Source of the DNA: Myxococcota bacterium
GTDB lineage: Bacteria > Myxococcota_A > UBA796 > CAJQPC01
Assembly: GCA_036229005.1 (NCBI GenBank)
Contig: JAZAMN010000020.1
Span: forward strand, 64,001 to 128,000
DNA: 64,000 nt
Direction: 5' to 3'
In this document: positions 29,976-42,297 of the stretch, piece after piece
How positions within the stretch are numbered: the stretch's first letter is position 1
Layout of the letters: each line of letters begins with the position of its first letter
Translations under genes and position numbers: made by a program
Notes under the pieces: generated by a model
The model's input: the letters and a program-made list of their open reading frames with translations, nothing else
The model's database searches: none
What the model was told of the DNA's origin: nothing

Positions 29976-32177
29976 ATGTCCAACCTCGCACAGGCCGCCA
30001 CCAAGCCCCAAACCTCCCCCCAGGCCGCGGCCCCAAAACAGAGCGACGGACTGCAGGATCCCTTGGTCAAAGCTGTGATGGCGAAGGATCCGCTGCTGAC
30101 CAAGCCCGGCTTCAAGGCGGCGACCCGCAAGGGCATGTTCGCCCGCCGCACCGGCCTGCTCGCGCGCGCCGACGAAGGCATGGAGGACCTGGAGAAGGCC
30201 CGTGACGATCAGGACGTCGAGGGGATCAAGGAGCTGGGCGGCTACCTGCTTGGCCTCACCGAGACCTGGGTCGCCAACCACGGCAAGGACCGGAACAGCA
30301 GCGGCGGCACCCTCAACCGCTACCAGGGGATGGAGAAGACCCGGGACATCCTCAAGGCAAAGGGCGCATCCTCTGGACCTGCCGGGGCGGTCTCCGATCC
30401 CGACGCTGAAGGGGATGAAGTCGAGGTACAGGAGGGCAAGGACCTGGTGATGGAGTCTCTGGACGCCGTGGGCGGCGTCCAGGGTGTGGGCGGTGACTTC
30501 AACGACATCACCGGCAAGGACAACTTCCTGGCCAAGGAGGACGGCACCGCGTTCACGAACGCTGGCGACGGCCTGGCCGGTGGCACGGGCGCCATCGCCG
30601 CCTCGATGGGCACCATCTACGACATCAACGAGGCCTACCAGAAGTTCAAGGAAGGCGAAGGCTTCGAGGGCAGCCAGAAGAGCGCAGAGGCCCTGCAGAA
30701 GACCTCGACCGCCGTCTCCAACGCCGCCGTGTTCAGCGGGGCTGTGGGCGCGGGGGATGACGCCACCAAGACCGCCGACCTCTCCGGCGGCATCGGCGAG
30801 ATCGCCGGCGGCGTGGCAGCAGCCATCGAGACCATCAAGGGCTTCAAGGACGTCTACGCGACCTGGAAGCAGCTCAGCATCCACGAGAAGGTGGACTTCA
30901 TCCGCGACCGCGCCAACAACCTGGGCGCCATCGCCCAGGCCTCCATCAAGGCCAGCGTGGGAATCGGCAAGTTCTCCGGCATGGCCTCCACCACCATCGC
31001 TGGGCTCGCCAGCAGCGGCGCTGGGCTGGGCGCAGCCATCGGCGCGATCGACATCGCCTCGGGCGCAGGCAGCCTGGTCCGCGTCTCAAAGAAGAAGAGC
31101 GAGCTCAAGAAGTTCCGCAGCCAACTCACCCACCTCAAGGCCATGCAGGCCAAGGCCAACGAGCTGGGCTCCACCGCGCCCCTGGCCAAGGAGCGCGCCG
31201 GGTTCAAGGACCAGGCCAAGTCCATCGCCGAGATCCACAAGCTGGGCAGCGGCTTCACCGAGCGCTTCGACAAGCTGCTCACCGACCGCGCCAAGGACGA
31301 CGCCTTCAAGGTCGGCACCGGCTCCCTGGACGTGGTCTCCGGCGTGCTGGCCGCGACCGGCGTGGGCATGCCCGTCGCGGTGGGCCTCGCAGCCTTCAGC
31401 ACCGCCCTCAAGCTGGGCAAGGCCGGCGTGCAGTTCGCCCGCGACAGCAAGGCCCGCACCCTGATCGACGGCGCTCGCTTCATCCGGGACGACGGCAGCC
31501 CCACGGGCCGCCCCGACGAGAAGGCCGACTACAACACCCTCGAGGCCCGGGCCGAGAAGCTCTACTACAACAACCTCGACAAGGTCATCTCCGACACCAA
31601 GCCCGGCGCGGTGCCCAAGGAGATCTGGGGCGGCATGGTCGAGTTCGTCCAGGAGGAGAAGATCTCCCGCCTGGGCAAGCCCGAGAAGGAGGACCACAAG
31701 CCTCTGGACCAGAAGGGTGCCGTCGGCGAAAAGAACGCCTGGTTCGCCCACAAGGGCAAGTACGAGCGCGCCCCCAAGGGCTTCTGGGGCAGCCTCAAGT
31801 CCTTCTTCTCCGCCTCCGCCCGCAAGTCCAGCCAGGCCAAGGCGGCCTCCCAGGCCGAGCTCGCCGACGCCGCCGTGGCGGTCGCGCAGAACGCCTACGT
31901 CCGCAAGGAGCTCAAGTTCATCGACGAGCTGCAGGTCACCCCCTCCTCCACGAGCGAGGAGCTGGAGAACGTCAAGTCCCAGACCGCCAAGGGCATGCTC
32001 CACGCGCTGGGTGTCTACGGCAGCTTCAAGACCAACTGGATCGAGTCCATCAAGAGCGACCAGAAGGCCGACGGCAACCCTGAGCCCACCGAGCAGCAGA
32101 TCAAGGACCAGGAGATGTCGCCCAAGGCGGAGACCCTCTCCAAGGCCCTGATCGGCTCCATCAAGAGCATGACGTGA
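29976..32177 (+). CDS. Large (733 aa) helical G/A-rich protein, candidate secreted effector or pore-former
   Basis: GGAG RBS plus ATG 29976; G/A-rich hydrophobic hairpins (GSLDVVSGVLAATGVGMPVAVGLAAFSTAL); no Sec signal. Confidence 0.75.
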   Translation: MSNLAQAATKPQTSPQAAAPKQSDGLQDPLVKAVMAKDPLLTKPGFKAATRKGMFARRTGLLARADEGMEDLEKARDDQDVEGIKELGGYLLGLTETWVANHGKDRNSSGGTLNRYQGMEKTRDILKAKGASSGPAGAVSDPDAEGDEVEVQEGKDLVMESLDAVGGVQGVGGDFNDITGKDNFLAKEDGTAFTNAGDGLAGGTGAIAASMGTIYDINEAYQKFKEGEGFEGSQKSAEALQKTSTAVSNAAVFSGAVGAGDDATKTADLSGGIGEIAGGVAAAIETIKGFKDVYATWKQLSIHEKVDFIRDRANNLGAIAQASIKASVGIGKFSGMASTTIAGLASSGAGLGAAIGAIDIASGAGSLVRVSKKKSELKKFRSQLTHLKAMQAKANELGSTAPLAKERAGFKDQAKSIAEIHKLGSGFTERFDKLLTDRAKDDAFKVGTGSLDVVSGVLAATGVGMPVAVGLAAFSTALKLGKAGVQFARDSKARTLIDGARFIRDDGSPTGRPDEKADYNTLEARAEKLYYNNLDKVISDTKPGAVPKEIWGGMVEFVQEEKISRLGKPEKEDHKPLDQKGAVGEKNAWFAHKGKYERAPKGFWGSLKSFFSASARKSSQAKAASQAELADAAVAVAQNAYVRKELKFIDELQVTPSSTSEELENVKSQTAKGMLHALGVYGSFKTNWIESIKSDQKADGNPEPTEQQIKDQEMSPKAETLSKALIGSIKSMT

Positions 32178-32317
32178 GCAAGCAGGTCCGAGCCCAGCTC
32201 GTCGGCGCCGCCGTGTCCGCGATGATCATGGGCTTCGCCCTGCTCAAGATGTGCAACAGCCCGGAGCAGGCGCCCGCTGACACCACCGAGCAGCAGGCCC
32301 CCGCGACCGAGCCCTGA
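32174..32317 (+). CDS. Small (47 aa) single-TM protein, absent from the ORF track
   Basis: GTGA overlap with upstream stop; MSKQVRAQLVGAAVSAMIMGFALLKMCNSPEQAPADTTEQQAPATEP. Confidence 0.6.
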   Translation: MSKQVRAQLVGAAVSAMIMGFALLKMCNSPEQAPADTTEQQAPATEP

Positions 32318-32320
32318 GGG

Positions 32321-33700
32321 CTACTCCTTCCCCTGCTCTCCACCCTCCTGCGGCCAGATCCGCAGGGGGGAGAAGAAGCGCAGCGGTCCCAGAAAGCGCC
32401 AGCCCACCAGCAGCGCCGCCAGGTAGACCACCAGGATGCCCAGGGCCTTGAGGATGCCGCCCAGGGTGTCCTCCGGGAAGCCGCTGATCGCCACGGGGAG
32501 CACCATCAGCAGCAGCGGGACGCTCAGCACCAGCGAGCCCGCCGAGCCCAGCACCGCGTTGGCCGGCGCCGAGGACTTCATCTCCGGGTCCAGGATGCGC
32601 AGCAGGGCCATGCCGGTAGGCAGGGTCCCCGTGACCGTCCCGAACATCATCACGGCGTGCTGGAAGGTGTCCTGGGGGAAGGCCCGGCGAGACAACCACA
32701 GCGCCGCCAGCACCGTGGCCAGGCCGCCCAGCAGGGTCAGCACCAGGATGGGGACCAGGTTGTCGCGGAAGACCCCCAGGCTCACCGCCGCCAGCGCCGC
32801 GCAGGTCACGAAGTCCACCGTGGTGCCCGCGATCTGCCCCAGCAGCCCGTCGTGCAGAGGCGTGTCCACCTTGGCCTTGGTCAGCCCCGCGCGCACCGCG
32901 AGGGCCAGGATGCCACCGATGATGAAGTGGAAGCCCCAGATCATGTCCTGGAACTGCGGCTTTCCCTCCAGCGCCCCCGAGATGGCCTGCACGATCAGGT
33001 AGGTCGCCAGGTAGATGCCCGCGACGGACACCACCTGGGTGGTCAGCCGCTCCAGGGCCCCCGCAGGCAGCAGGGTCTCCTCGTCCTCGGGGCGGACCAG
33101 GTCGCTCCCGCCGCTCTCGCCAGTCTTGAGCCAGCCCATGCGCTTGCCGATCAGCACCAGCGGCACGCCGATGAACACCGACCAGCCAAAGCCGAAGGCC
33201 GCCACGATCAGGCCCAGGTCTCCGCCATCGGGCAGCCCCGGCTCCCAGGACTGACCCAGCGACAGCGCCTGCCCGGGTCCCTGCTGAAAGCCCAGGGGCA
33301 GCAGCAGCCCCAGCCCTGGGTGAGGCAGCTCGCCGCCCGCGCCCACGCCGATCACCACCACCAGGCCGATCAAGGCCTGCACCACCGCCAGGGTGGGGAT
33401 CAGGAAGGCCACCGAGCGCGCCCCGCCCCCCTTGGTGCCCTCAGCCGGCCGCTGCAGCGACACCGCGATGAACACGATGGCCAGACCGTGGTACACGATC
33501 GACTCCAACACGTCGGTGTCGAAGGGCAGCAAGGCCAGCGCGGAGGGGCCCAGGATCAGCCCAAAGACCCCGGCCATCATCGAGTCCGGCACCCCCAGCT
33601 TCCGCAGGGGAGGCAGCATCCGACGCACCAGGCTGGCCAGCAGCAGGAGCACTGCCAGCAGAAGGCCGTTCTCGACGACCCCGCTCTCCCAGAAGGACAT
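32321..33700 (-). CDS. gltS: Sodium/glutamate symporter (GltS/ESS family)
   Basis: Polytopic; LPLGFQQGPGQA re-entrant motif, FGTVTGTLPTGMALLRILDP. Confidence 0.75.
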   Translation of the reverse strand: MSFWESGVVENGLLLAVLLLLASLVRRMLPPLRKLGVPDSMMAGVFGLILGPSALALLPFDTDVLESIVYHGLAIVFIAVSLQRPAEGTKGGGARSVAFLIPTLAVVQALIGLVVVIGVGAGGELPHPGLGLLLPLGFQQGPGQALSLGQSWEPGLPDGGDLGLIVAAFGFGWSVFIGVPLVLIGKRMGWLKTGESGGSDLVRPEDEETLLPAGALERLTTQVVSVAGIYLATYLIVQAISGALEGKPQFQDMIWGFHFIIGGILALAVRAGLTKAKVDTPLHDGLLGQIAGTTVDFVTCAALAAVSLGVFRDNLVPILVLTLLGGLATVLAALWLSRRAFPQDTFQHAVMMFGTVTGTLPTGMALLRILDPEMKSSAPANAVLGSAGSLVLSVPLLLMVLPVAISGFPEDTLGGILKALGILVVYLAALLVGWRFLGPLRFFSPLRIWPQEGGEQGKE

Positions 33701-33781
33701 GGAACCTCGGTGTTGACCGGGAGTCTACCAAAGCAGGTGAAAGGGTGACGCTCCCGTCGGCGTTCCACCCCAGACTGGAGG

Positions 33782-34429
33782 ATGAAAAGCGTGCCGATCG
33801 CCAAGATCGCCAAGGTCGACGCCGCCGCCGGCAAGACCCGGATGCTCTGGATGGGCCTGGGCCAGCTCGGCCTGGCTGCCCTCGGCGTGCACCTCGCCGC
33901 CGATCACCTGGACGACCACGTCTACACCGCCCTGGTCTGGGGGAACGACCGGCTCGCTCCCCTGTGGGATGTCCTCGCCGTCAAGGGCCTCGCCGCTGAC
34001 CAGCTCCAGGTCCCCGCGGCGTGGACAGCGGTGGGGGTAGAGCTGCTCGCGGACCTCTTCCTCTTCCTCGCCCTGACCCTCACCCCGCTGCGGCCCACCC
34101 TGTCGTGGAAGGGGTATAGAGCCAGCTTCTCGGCCCGCTCCATCCTCGTCCCCACCCTCTGGATACCCGCGGTGCTCGCCGGCTCCTGGGTGGTTGGTAT
34201 GGCCGTCGAGGACGGGCTGTCCATGATCCACGCCCAGGGGGCCTTGGCCGCAGGCATCGTGGTCGCGCTGTTCATGGCCTGGCGCCTGGGCTGGACCGGG
34301 CTGCGGCGGGTGCTGGGCGCGCTGGAGCCCCCCAAACGGCGCTTCGAGGCCTGGGGCTGGGCGCCGCTGGTGCTCCCTCTGGCCGTCCTGGCCCTGCGCT
34401 ACGGCCTGCCCGTGTGGGGGTGGCTGTGA
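33782..34429 (+). CDS. Hypothetical membrane protein
   Basis: GGAGG RBS; several hydrophobic helices; overlaps the M23 gene start. Confidence 0.65.
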   Translation: MKSVPIAKIAKVDAAAGKTRMLWMGLGQLGLAALGVHLAADHLDDHVYTALVWGNDRLAPLWDVLAVKGLAADQLQVPAAWTAVGVELLADLFLFLALTLTPLRPTLSWKGYRASFSARSILVPTLWIPAVLAGSWVVGMAVEDGLSMIHAQGALAAGIVVALFMAWRLGWTGLRRVLGALEPPKRRFEAWGWAPLVLPLAVLALRYGLPVWGWL

Positions 34430-35466
34430 AGAAGGCCCCGCCCGCCCCCCGCGGCAGCCTGCTGGACATCCTGCTGGTGGTCGGCGTCGTGCTCGTCGTG
34501 TTCGCGCGCACCCCCGCCGGCAACCTGGCCAAGCGCGCATTCGGAGCCGCCACCGGGATGGAGGTCCAGGCCGCCCCCCTCACCTCCACCTTCTCCACGC
34601 AGACCGCCGAGCTCAACGCCCTGGTCCTGCGGGTCAGCGAGCAGCTCCCCCAACAGCCCGGCCCCCTGCCCACCCAGTGGGCCGCCGCCGAGGGCGCCTT
34701 CCCCGAGCCCCACCGCAGCGCCGTGCAGGCCGCGCTGGCCGAGGTCGACGTGCCCGAGCACCGCCTGGACCTGGTGGACCCCAGCAAGCCCCTGGCCGAG
34801 CAGCACCTGCAGGCGCTGGACGCCCTCACCCAGCCTGGCGACTCCGCCGAGGACGTCCTGGTCCGCTACGCCCTGGGCGACCAGATCGCCGAGCGCAGCG
34901 CCGAGCGCGCCCGCCGAGCCGGAGAGCAGGACCCCCGCTCCTGGCAGGCCCGCCGCCGCTACCTGGGCATCGGGGAGCAGCGCCAGGGGGACCGCCTCAT
35001 CAACACCACCCTGGGCACCGCCCGCCTGCTCACCCTGCAGTGGCCCGTGCCCGACGACACCCGCATCTCCAGCCCCTTCGGCTTCCGGGACCACCCCGTG
35101 CTGGCCAAGCGCAAGTTCCACAACGGCGTGGACCTGAGCGTGCCCGTGGGGACCCCCGTGCTCGCCGCGCAGGAGGGCACCGTCTCGGTCGCCGGCTCCG
35201 ACGCCATCAACGGCAACTACGTGGTCATCAACCACCAAGGCGGCATCCGCACCAGCTACTGCCACCTGGACAGCCTCGCGGTGGAGCGCAAGCAGCAGGT
35301 CCAGCGCGGCGAGCTCATCGGCAACAGCGGCAACACCGGGCGCAGCACCGGCCCCCACCTGCACTTCGTGGTGCGCGTGGGCGGCAAGGCGGTGGACCCC
35401 GAGGCCTTCCACGCGCCCGTCAAGCCGGCGGAGACGCCGACACCCAAGGACAAGCCGACCCCTTAA
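34420..35466 (+). CDS. M23 family peptidoglycan endopeptidase
   Basis: ISSPFGFRDHP, HNGVD, YCHL, STGPHLHF; N-terminal TM. Confidence 0.92.
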   Translation: MAVKKAPPAPRGSLLDILLVVGVVLVVFARTPAGNLAKRAFGAATGMEVQAAPLTSTFSTQTAELNALVLRVSEQLPQQPGPLPTQWAAAEGAFPEPHRSAVQAALAEVDVPEHRLDLVDPSKPLAEQHLQALDALTQPGDSAEDVLVRYALGDQIAERSAERARRAGEQDPRSWQARRRYLGIGEQRQGDRLINTTLGTARLLTLQWPVPDDTRISSPFGFRDHPVLAKRKFHNGVDLSVPVGTPVLAAQEGTVSVAGSDAINGNYVVINHQGGIRTSYCHLDSLAVERKQQVQRGELIGNSGNTGRSTGPHLHFVVRVGGKAVDPEAFHAPVKPAETPTPKDKPTP

Positions 35467-35957
35467 GCCTCCAGGGACTCCATCCAGAGCCACAGGCGCA
35501 GGTCGAACTCAAGCTGCGCGTAGTCCGGCTCCATGTGCTGACAGAGCCGGTAGAAGGCCCGGTCGTGCTCCTTGTGGCGCAGGTGGGCGAGCTCGTGGAC
35601 GACCACCATGCGCAGGAACGCGGGATCCAGGCGCTTGAAGAGCCCGCCGATCTCGATCTGGTTGTCCCGCTTGAGCTTCGCGCCCTGCACCTTGACCCGG
35701 TACGTATGTAGCCCCAGAGCCCGGTGGACCGTCGCAATCTTATCCGAGTAGCGGACTCTCTGGATGGGCGGCGCGCTCTTCATGTGGCGTCGCTTGAGGT
35801 CCTGAGTGTAGGCGTACAACGCCGCGTTACCCTGGATCTCGTGCCGCTCGGAGTAGCGCTCGCGCAGCCGCTGCTGCAGTACGCCGGAGTCCATGAGCGC
35901 CCGCGCTCGAGCCCGCAGCTCAGGCGGGTAGCCCGCCAGATGATCAACCCTTGACAT
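35463..35957 (-). CDS. YgjP-like (DUF45) zinc metalloprotease-fold protein
   Basis: VVVHELAHLRHKEHDRAFYRLC; YgjP-type N-terminus. Confidence 0.85.
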   Translation of the reverse strand: MSRVDHLAGYPPELRARARALMDSGVLQQRLRERYSERHEIQGNAALYAYTQDLKRRHMKSAPPIQRVRYSDKIATVHRALGLHTYRVKVQGAKLKRDNQIEIGGLFKRLDPAFLRMVVVHELAHLRHKEHDRAFYRLCQHMEPDYAQLEFDLRLWLWMESLEA

Positions 35958-35999
35958 GGCCAAATCATAGCAGGCAGTGGACGCTCGGCCGATCCGGTT

Positions 36000-38229
<2,230 letters not shown>

Positions 38230-38283
38230 GCGGGTGCGCTGCTCCAGGCCGGCCCGCGCTAAGCTGGTCGGTCTGGAGTCCCC

Positions 38284-39489
38284 TTGTTCCCCCTCCCCTT
38301 TCTCCTCGCGGCGGCCTGCGCACCCGGCAACGTCGACCTCCAGGAGCCCAGCGTCAGCGATGAGACCCTCGCCGGCGAGATCCCGGACAGCGACTGGATC
38401 TTCGACGACAGCCTCATCCACGAGATCGAGATCCGCCTGAGCCCCGAGGCCTGGGCCGACCTCGAGGCCCTCCCCTACGAGTACACCCAGGCCAGCGTCC
38501 TCATCGACGGCGTCTCCGCCGGAGAGGTCGGCGTGCGCCTGCGCGGCAAGGTCGGCTCCTTCCGACCGATCAGCGGCAAGCCCAAGTTCAAGCTCGACTT
38601 CAACCGCATCCACCCAGGGCGCCGCTTCTACGGCCTGGAGGCCCTCTCCCTCAACAACGAGGTCGCAGACTGCTCCTACCTCAAGGAGCCCCTGGGCTAC
38701 GAGGTCATCCGCCAGGCCGGCGGCCCCGCCTCCCGCACCGCCTTCGCCCACGTCCAGGTCAACGGCGCCGACTACGGCCTCTACGTGCTCATCGAGACCC
38801 AGGACGACCGCTTTCTGGCCCGCAACTGGGACGACGGCAGCGGCAACCTCTACGACGGCAAGTACCTCTACGACTGGACCACCGGCGCCTACACCCTGCT
38901 CGACTTCACCCCCGAGCTCCAGGACCACCTCCAGCAGGAGGAGGGAGAGGATGTTGGGCACGCCGACATCCACGGGATCACCGACGCCATCGCGGGGAGC
39001 TGGAACACCGGCGCTTTCATGTCTGGCACCAGCGAGGTCATCGACTGGCCAGCCATGCACACCCACCTGGTCGCCGAGCAGTGGATCCAGCAGAACGACG
39101 GCTACGCCCTGAACGCCAACAACTACCGGGTCTACTTCAACCCCGAAGACGGCCAGGCCGAGCTGATCTCCTGGGACCTGGACAACAGCTTCATGCCCGA
39201 CTTCTGGTCCTACACCTGGACCAACCCCCGCGGCCTGCTGGTCCAGGGCTGCTGGCAGGACGCCGCCTGCGTGGCCGACTGGAAGGCCGCCGCCCAGGAG
39301 CTCCACGAGACCCTGGACACCGCCGATCTGGCCGCCCGCTACGAGGCCTGGGACGAGCTGACCTTCAGAGCCGCCATCGAAGACCCCCGCCGCGAGTGCA
39401 GCGAAGACCAGCTCCGCAGCGAACGCCTGCGGCTGCGCGCCTGGATCGACGAGCGCCCGGCCCAGTTCTCCCAGGCCTGGGGGTTGTGA
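38284..39489 (+). CDS. CotH kinase family lipoprotein
   Basis: Lipobox LAAAC; VGVRLRG..S, KPKFKLDF, YGLYVLIE, DGY...NNYRVY, WDLD. Confidence 0.88.
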   Translation: MFPLPFLLAAACAPGNVDLQEPSVSDETLAGEIPDSDWIFDDSLIHEIEIRLSPEAWADLEALPYEYTQASVLIDGVSAGEVGVRLRGKVGSFRPISGKPKFKLDFNRIHPGRRFYGLEALSLNNEVADCSYLKEPLGYEVIRQAGGPASRTAFAHVQVNGADYGLYVLIETQDDRFLARNWDDGSGNLYDGKYLYDWTTGAYTLLDFTPELQDHLQQEEGEDVGHADIHGITDAIAGSWNTGAFMSGTSEVIDWPAMHTHLVAEQWIQQNDGYALNANNYRVYFNPEDGQAELISWDLDNSFMPDFWSYTWTNPRGLLVQGCWQDAACVADWKAAAQELHETLDTADLAARYEAWDELTFRAAIEDPRRECSEDQLRSERLRLRAWIDERPAQFSQAWGL

Positions 39490-40508
39490 TGCTGCTGCTC
39501 CTGCTGGGCGCCTGCGCCCCCACCCCCAAGGACACCGCAATCCAGGGCGACCGCATCGACGGCCTGTGCATCAACGAGCTGATGCCCTCCAACCGCAGCG
39601 CCTGGTCCAGCGCCGGCGAGCAGCCCGACTGGATCGAGCTCCACAACCCGAGCGACACCCCCCTGTCCTTGGCCGGCTGGAGCATCAGCGACGACCTGGA
39701 CGCGCCCGACAAGCACCCCTTCGCCGACGACACCGTCCTGGCCCCTGGCGCCTTCCAGCTCCTGGCCGCGGACGGCACCGGCCAGCCCGGCGAGCTGGAG
39801 CACCTGGGCTTCAAGCTCTCCGGAGATGGCGAGCTGGTCGCGCTCTTCGACCCCTTCGGCGGCAGCAGCATCGTGCGCTTCCCGGCCACCGAGTCCGACT
39901 TCTCCTGGGCCCGCGACCAGGACTGCTGCAGCGGGCAGGACTGCTGGTCCCCCGTCTGGCTCGGCACGCCCGGCGAGACCAACGAGGCCGCCGGCCCCCT
40001 GGAGTCCCAGGTGCTGGTCCCTCAGGGCAGCGTGTGGGCCTACCTGGACCAGGGCGTCCCCCCCGACAACTGGCGCCGACCCGGCGGCGCCCCCGACTGG
40101 CCCACCGGCCCCGCCCCCCTGGGCTACGGCGACGCCCACCAGCTCACCACCCTGGACTACGGAGCCGACCCCAACAACAAGCCCATGGCCGCCTGGTTCC
40201 GTCTGGAGTTCGACGCCCAGGACACCGCGTCCGTGCAGGCTCTGGACCTCTCCCTGCTGCGCGACGACGGCGCCGTGGTCTGGCTCAACGGTCAGGAGCT
40301 TCTGCGCTCCAACCTGCCCGCCGGGGAGCTCAACCCCCAGACCGCCGCACTCAGCGCCATCGGCGGCGACGGCGAGACCAGCTTCACCACCTTTCCCGTC
40401 CAGCAGGCCCTGGTGGACGGCACCAACGTGCTGGCCGTCGAGCTCCACCAGCACGCGCCCAACAGCTCCGACCTGGGCTTCGATCTCAGCCTGAGCGTCT
40501 GGCGCTGA
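39489..40508 (+). CDS. Lamin-tail-domain lipoprotein with C-terminal beta-sandwich
   Basis: TGATG coupling; LLLGAC; INELMPSN...DWIELHN...LAGWSISDD; RDDGAVVWLNG; NVLAVELHQ. Confidence 0.82.
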   Translation: MLLLLLGACAPTPKDTAIQGDRIDGLCINELMPSNRSAWSSAGEQPDWIELHNPSDTPLSLAGWSISDDLDAPDKHPFADDTVLAPGAFQLLAADGTGQPGELEHLGFKLSGDGELVALFDPFGGSSIVRFPATESDFSWARDQDCCSGQDCWSPVWLGTPGETNEAAGPLESQVLVPQGSVWAYLDQGVPPDNWRRPGGAPDWPTGPAPLGYGDAHQLTTLDYGADPNNKPMAAWFRLEFDAQDTASVQALDLSLLRDDGAVVWLNGQELLRSNLPAGELNPQTAALSAIGGDGETSFTTFPVQQALVDGTNVLAVELHQHAPNSSDLGFDLSLSVWR

Positions 40509-40523
40509 CCGCTCAGCGCGGAC

Positions 40524-41438
40524 TCACGATTCGGAAGACGACTCGGAGTCGCCGAAGGCCCGGCACCAGGCTTGGACCGCCAGGGTGCGCGCCTCCGTCT
40601 CCTTGATCTTCGCGATCCGCCGCAGCTCCTTGTCCTTGAAGGGGTTGCCGGCCAGGTGGATCCCGTAGAGGAAGGGCACCGGCGGCAAGGCCTCCGGATC
40701 CGCGCCGCGCGCCAGCGCGCGCTCCCGGTGGGCAGCGAACACCTGCTCGAACGCGATGTCGGCGATGGATCTTGGCAGGCTGGTCAGCTTGCACTTCTCG
40801 ATCTTGAGCTGCACCAGCTCGCGCAGCCTGCCGATCTCCAGCGGCAGCGATCTCAGCGCACTGCGGCTGCAGTCAAGCTGCCGCAGGCCCTCGATCGTGA
40901 GGACGCCCGCTGGCAGCGCCTGCCCCTTGAAGCCCTCCAGGGTCAGGGACTTCAGGCTGCTGTCCACGCCGGACAGATCGGGGAAGCGCTCCAGCTCCGT
41001 GTCGTCGAGCGTCAGGAACTCCAGCCTGGCCTGCTTGAAGCTGTCCGGCAGCGACTTGATGGCCGAGCCCTGCAGGTAGAGCTCCCGCAAGCCCGGCAGC
41101 CCAAAGAGCGCATCGGGCAGGCGCTCAACCTGGGTGTAGGTGAGATCCAGGGACTCCAGCCCCTCCAGCCGGCCGATCTCGGGCGGCAGGGACTGCAGCG
41201 GCTGGTTGCCCAACAGCAGCGTGCCGACGCCCTCCAGCTCGAACACCTCTGGCGGGACTTCTCGCAGGCCGAGACCAGAGAGCATGAGCACATCCGCGTC
41301 CGGACTCAACCCCACGTCGTCCTCGTCATCCCCCGGGAACACATCGCGCCACTGCGGGTCCGCCGTGTTCGGGTTACCCGCCTTGAACCACGCGATGCGT
41401 CGCCTGGCGAGCTCCAGTGGTGTGCGCGTCTCCGCCAT
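40524..41438 (-). CDS. Leucine-rich repeat protein
   Basis: GGAGG RBS, ATG 41438; repeated LxxLxLxx.xLxxLPxxIxxL units. Confidence 0.88.
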   Translation of the reverse strand: MAETRTPLELARRRIAWFKAGNPNTADPQWRDVFPGDDEDDVGLSPDADVLMLSGLGLREVPPEVFELEGVGTLLLGNQPLQSLPPEIGRLEGLESLDLTYTQVERLPDALFGLPGLRELYLQGSAIKSLPDSFKQARLEFLTLDDTELERFPDLSGVDSSLKSLTLEGFKGQALPAGVLTIEGLRQLDCSRSALRSLPLEIGRLRELVQLKIEKCKLTSLPRSIADIAFEQVFAAHRERALARGADPEALPPVPFLYGIHLAGNPFKDKELRRIAKIKETEARTLAVQAWCRAFGDSESSSES

Positions 41439-41508
41439 GCCCGTCCTCCACTGACGGCTTGTATTCAGTCTCGCAGGGTCAGTGCCGAATGCGACCTGAG
41501 GCCCAGCC

Positions 41509-42207
41509 CCCAAGCGGCGACCGGAGACCGGCGACCGGCGACCGCCGATGACGTGAATCCACGGCCGAAGCCTTCGTGCCAGCCGACCTGTGGAAGCGCC
41601 TCGGGGAGGGCCCGGCACTGCGTGCGGGCCACCTCAGCCGCCCGCCCTCAGAACGTCGTTCCGGTCCGGCCCGCAGACACCGCTACGGACTGGCACAGCG
41701 TGATGACCGAGACCCGATACCCGATACCCGATACCCAAGCGGCGACCGGAGACCGGCGACCGGGGACCGCCGATGACGTGATCCCGGGATCGAAGCCTTC
41801 GTGCCAGCCGACCTGTGGAAGCGCCTCGGGGAGGGCCCGGCACTTCGTGCGGGCCACCATAGCGGCCCGCCCCCGGAACGTCGTTCCGGTCCGGCCCGCA
41901 GACACCGCCACGAACCGGCGCAGCGTGATGACCGATACCCGATACCCGATACCCGAGCCCCAAGCGGCGACCGGAGACCGGCGACCGGCAACCGCCGATG
42001 ACGTAAAACCGAGGCCGAAGCCTTCGTGCCAGCCGACCTGTGGAAGCGCCTCGGGGAGGGCCCGGCACTGCGTGCGGGCCACCTCAGCCCCCCACCCCCA
42101 GAACGTTGTTCCGGTCCGGCCCGCAGACACCGCCACGAACTGGCACAGCGTGATGACCGATACCCGATACCCGATACCCGAGCCCCAAGCGGCGACCAGC
42201 GACCGGC
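41509..42207. repeat. 225-bp tandem repeat, 3 full copies plus a short partial
   Basis: CCCAAGCGGCGACC unit starts at 41509, 41734, 41959, 42184; each unit has GG(C/A)GACC and GATACCC heptamer runs. Confidence 0.95.
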
Positions 42208-42297
42208 ATCACGTCGAATCAGGTACGGGCGCCGGGGCTCTGACCGAGGCTGGGCACCTCCTCGAGCCGGCTCCGCGCGATGGTCCCGCTTCTTCCC

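Noticed and set aside
41545..41572. Hammerhead ribozyme in the 225-bp unit (CCGATGA...GAAG)
   Set aside because: Core deviates from CUGANGA/GAAA, the stem II pairing is not kept across copies, and I could not place stems I and III.
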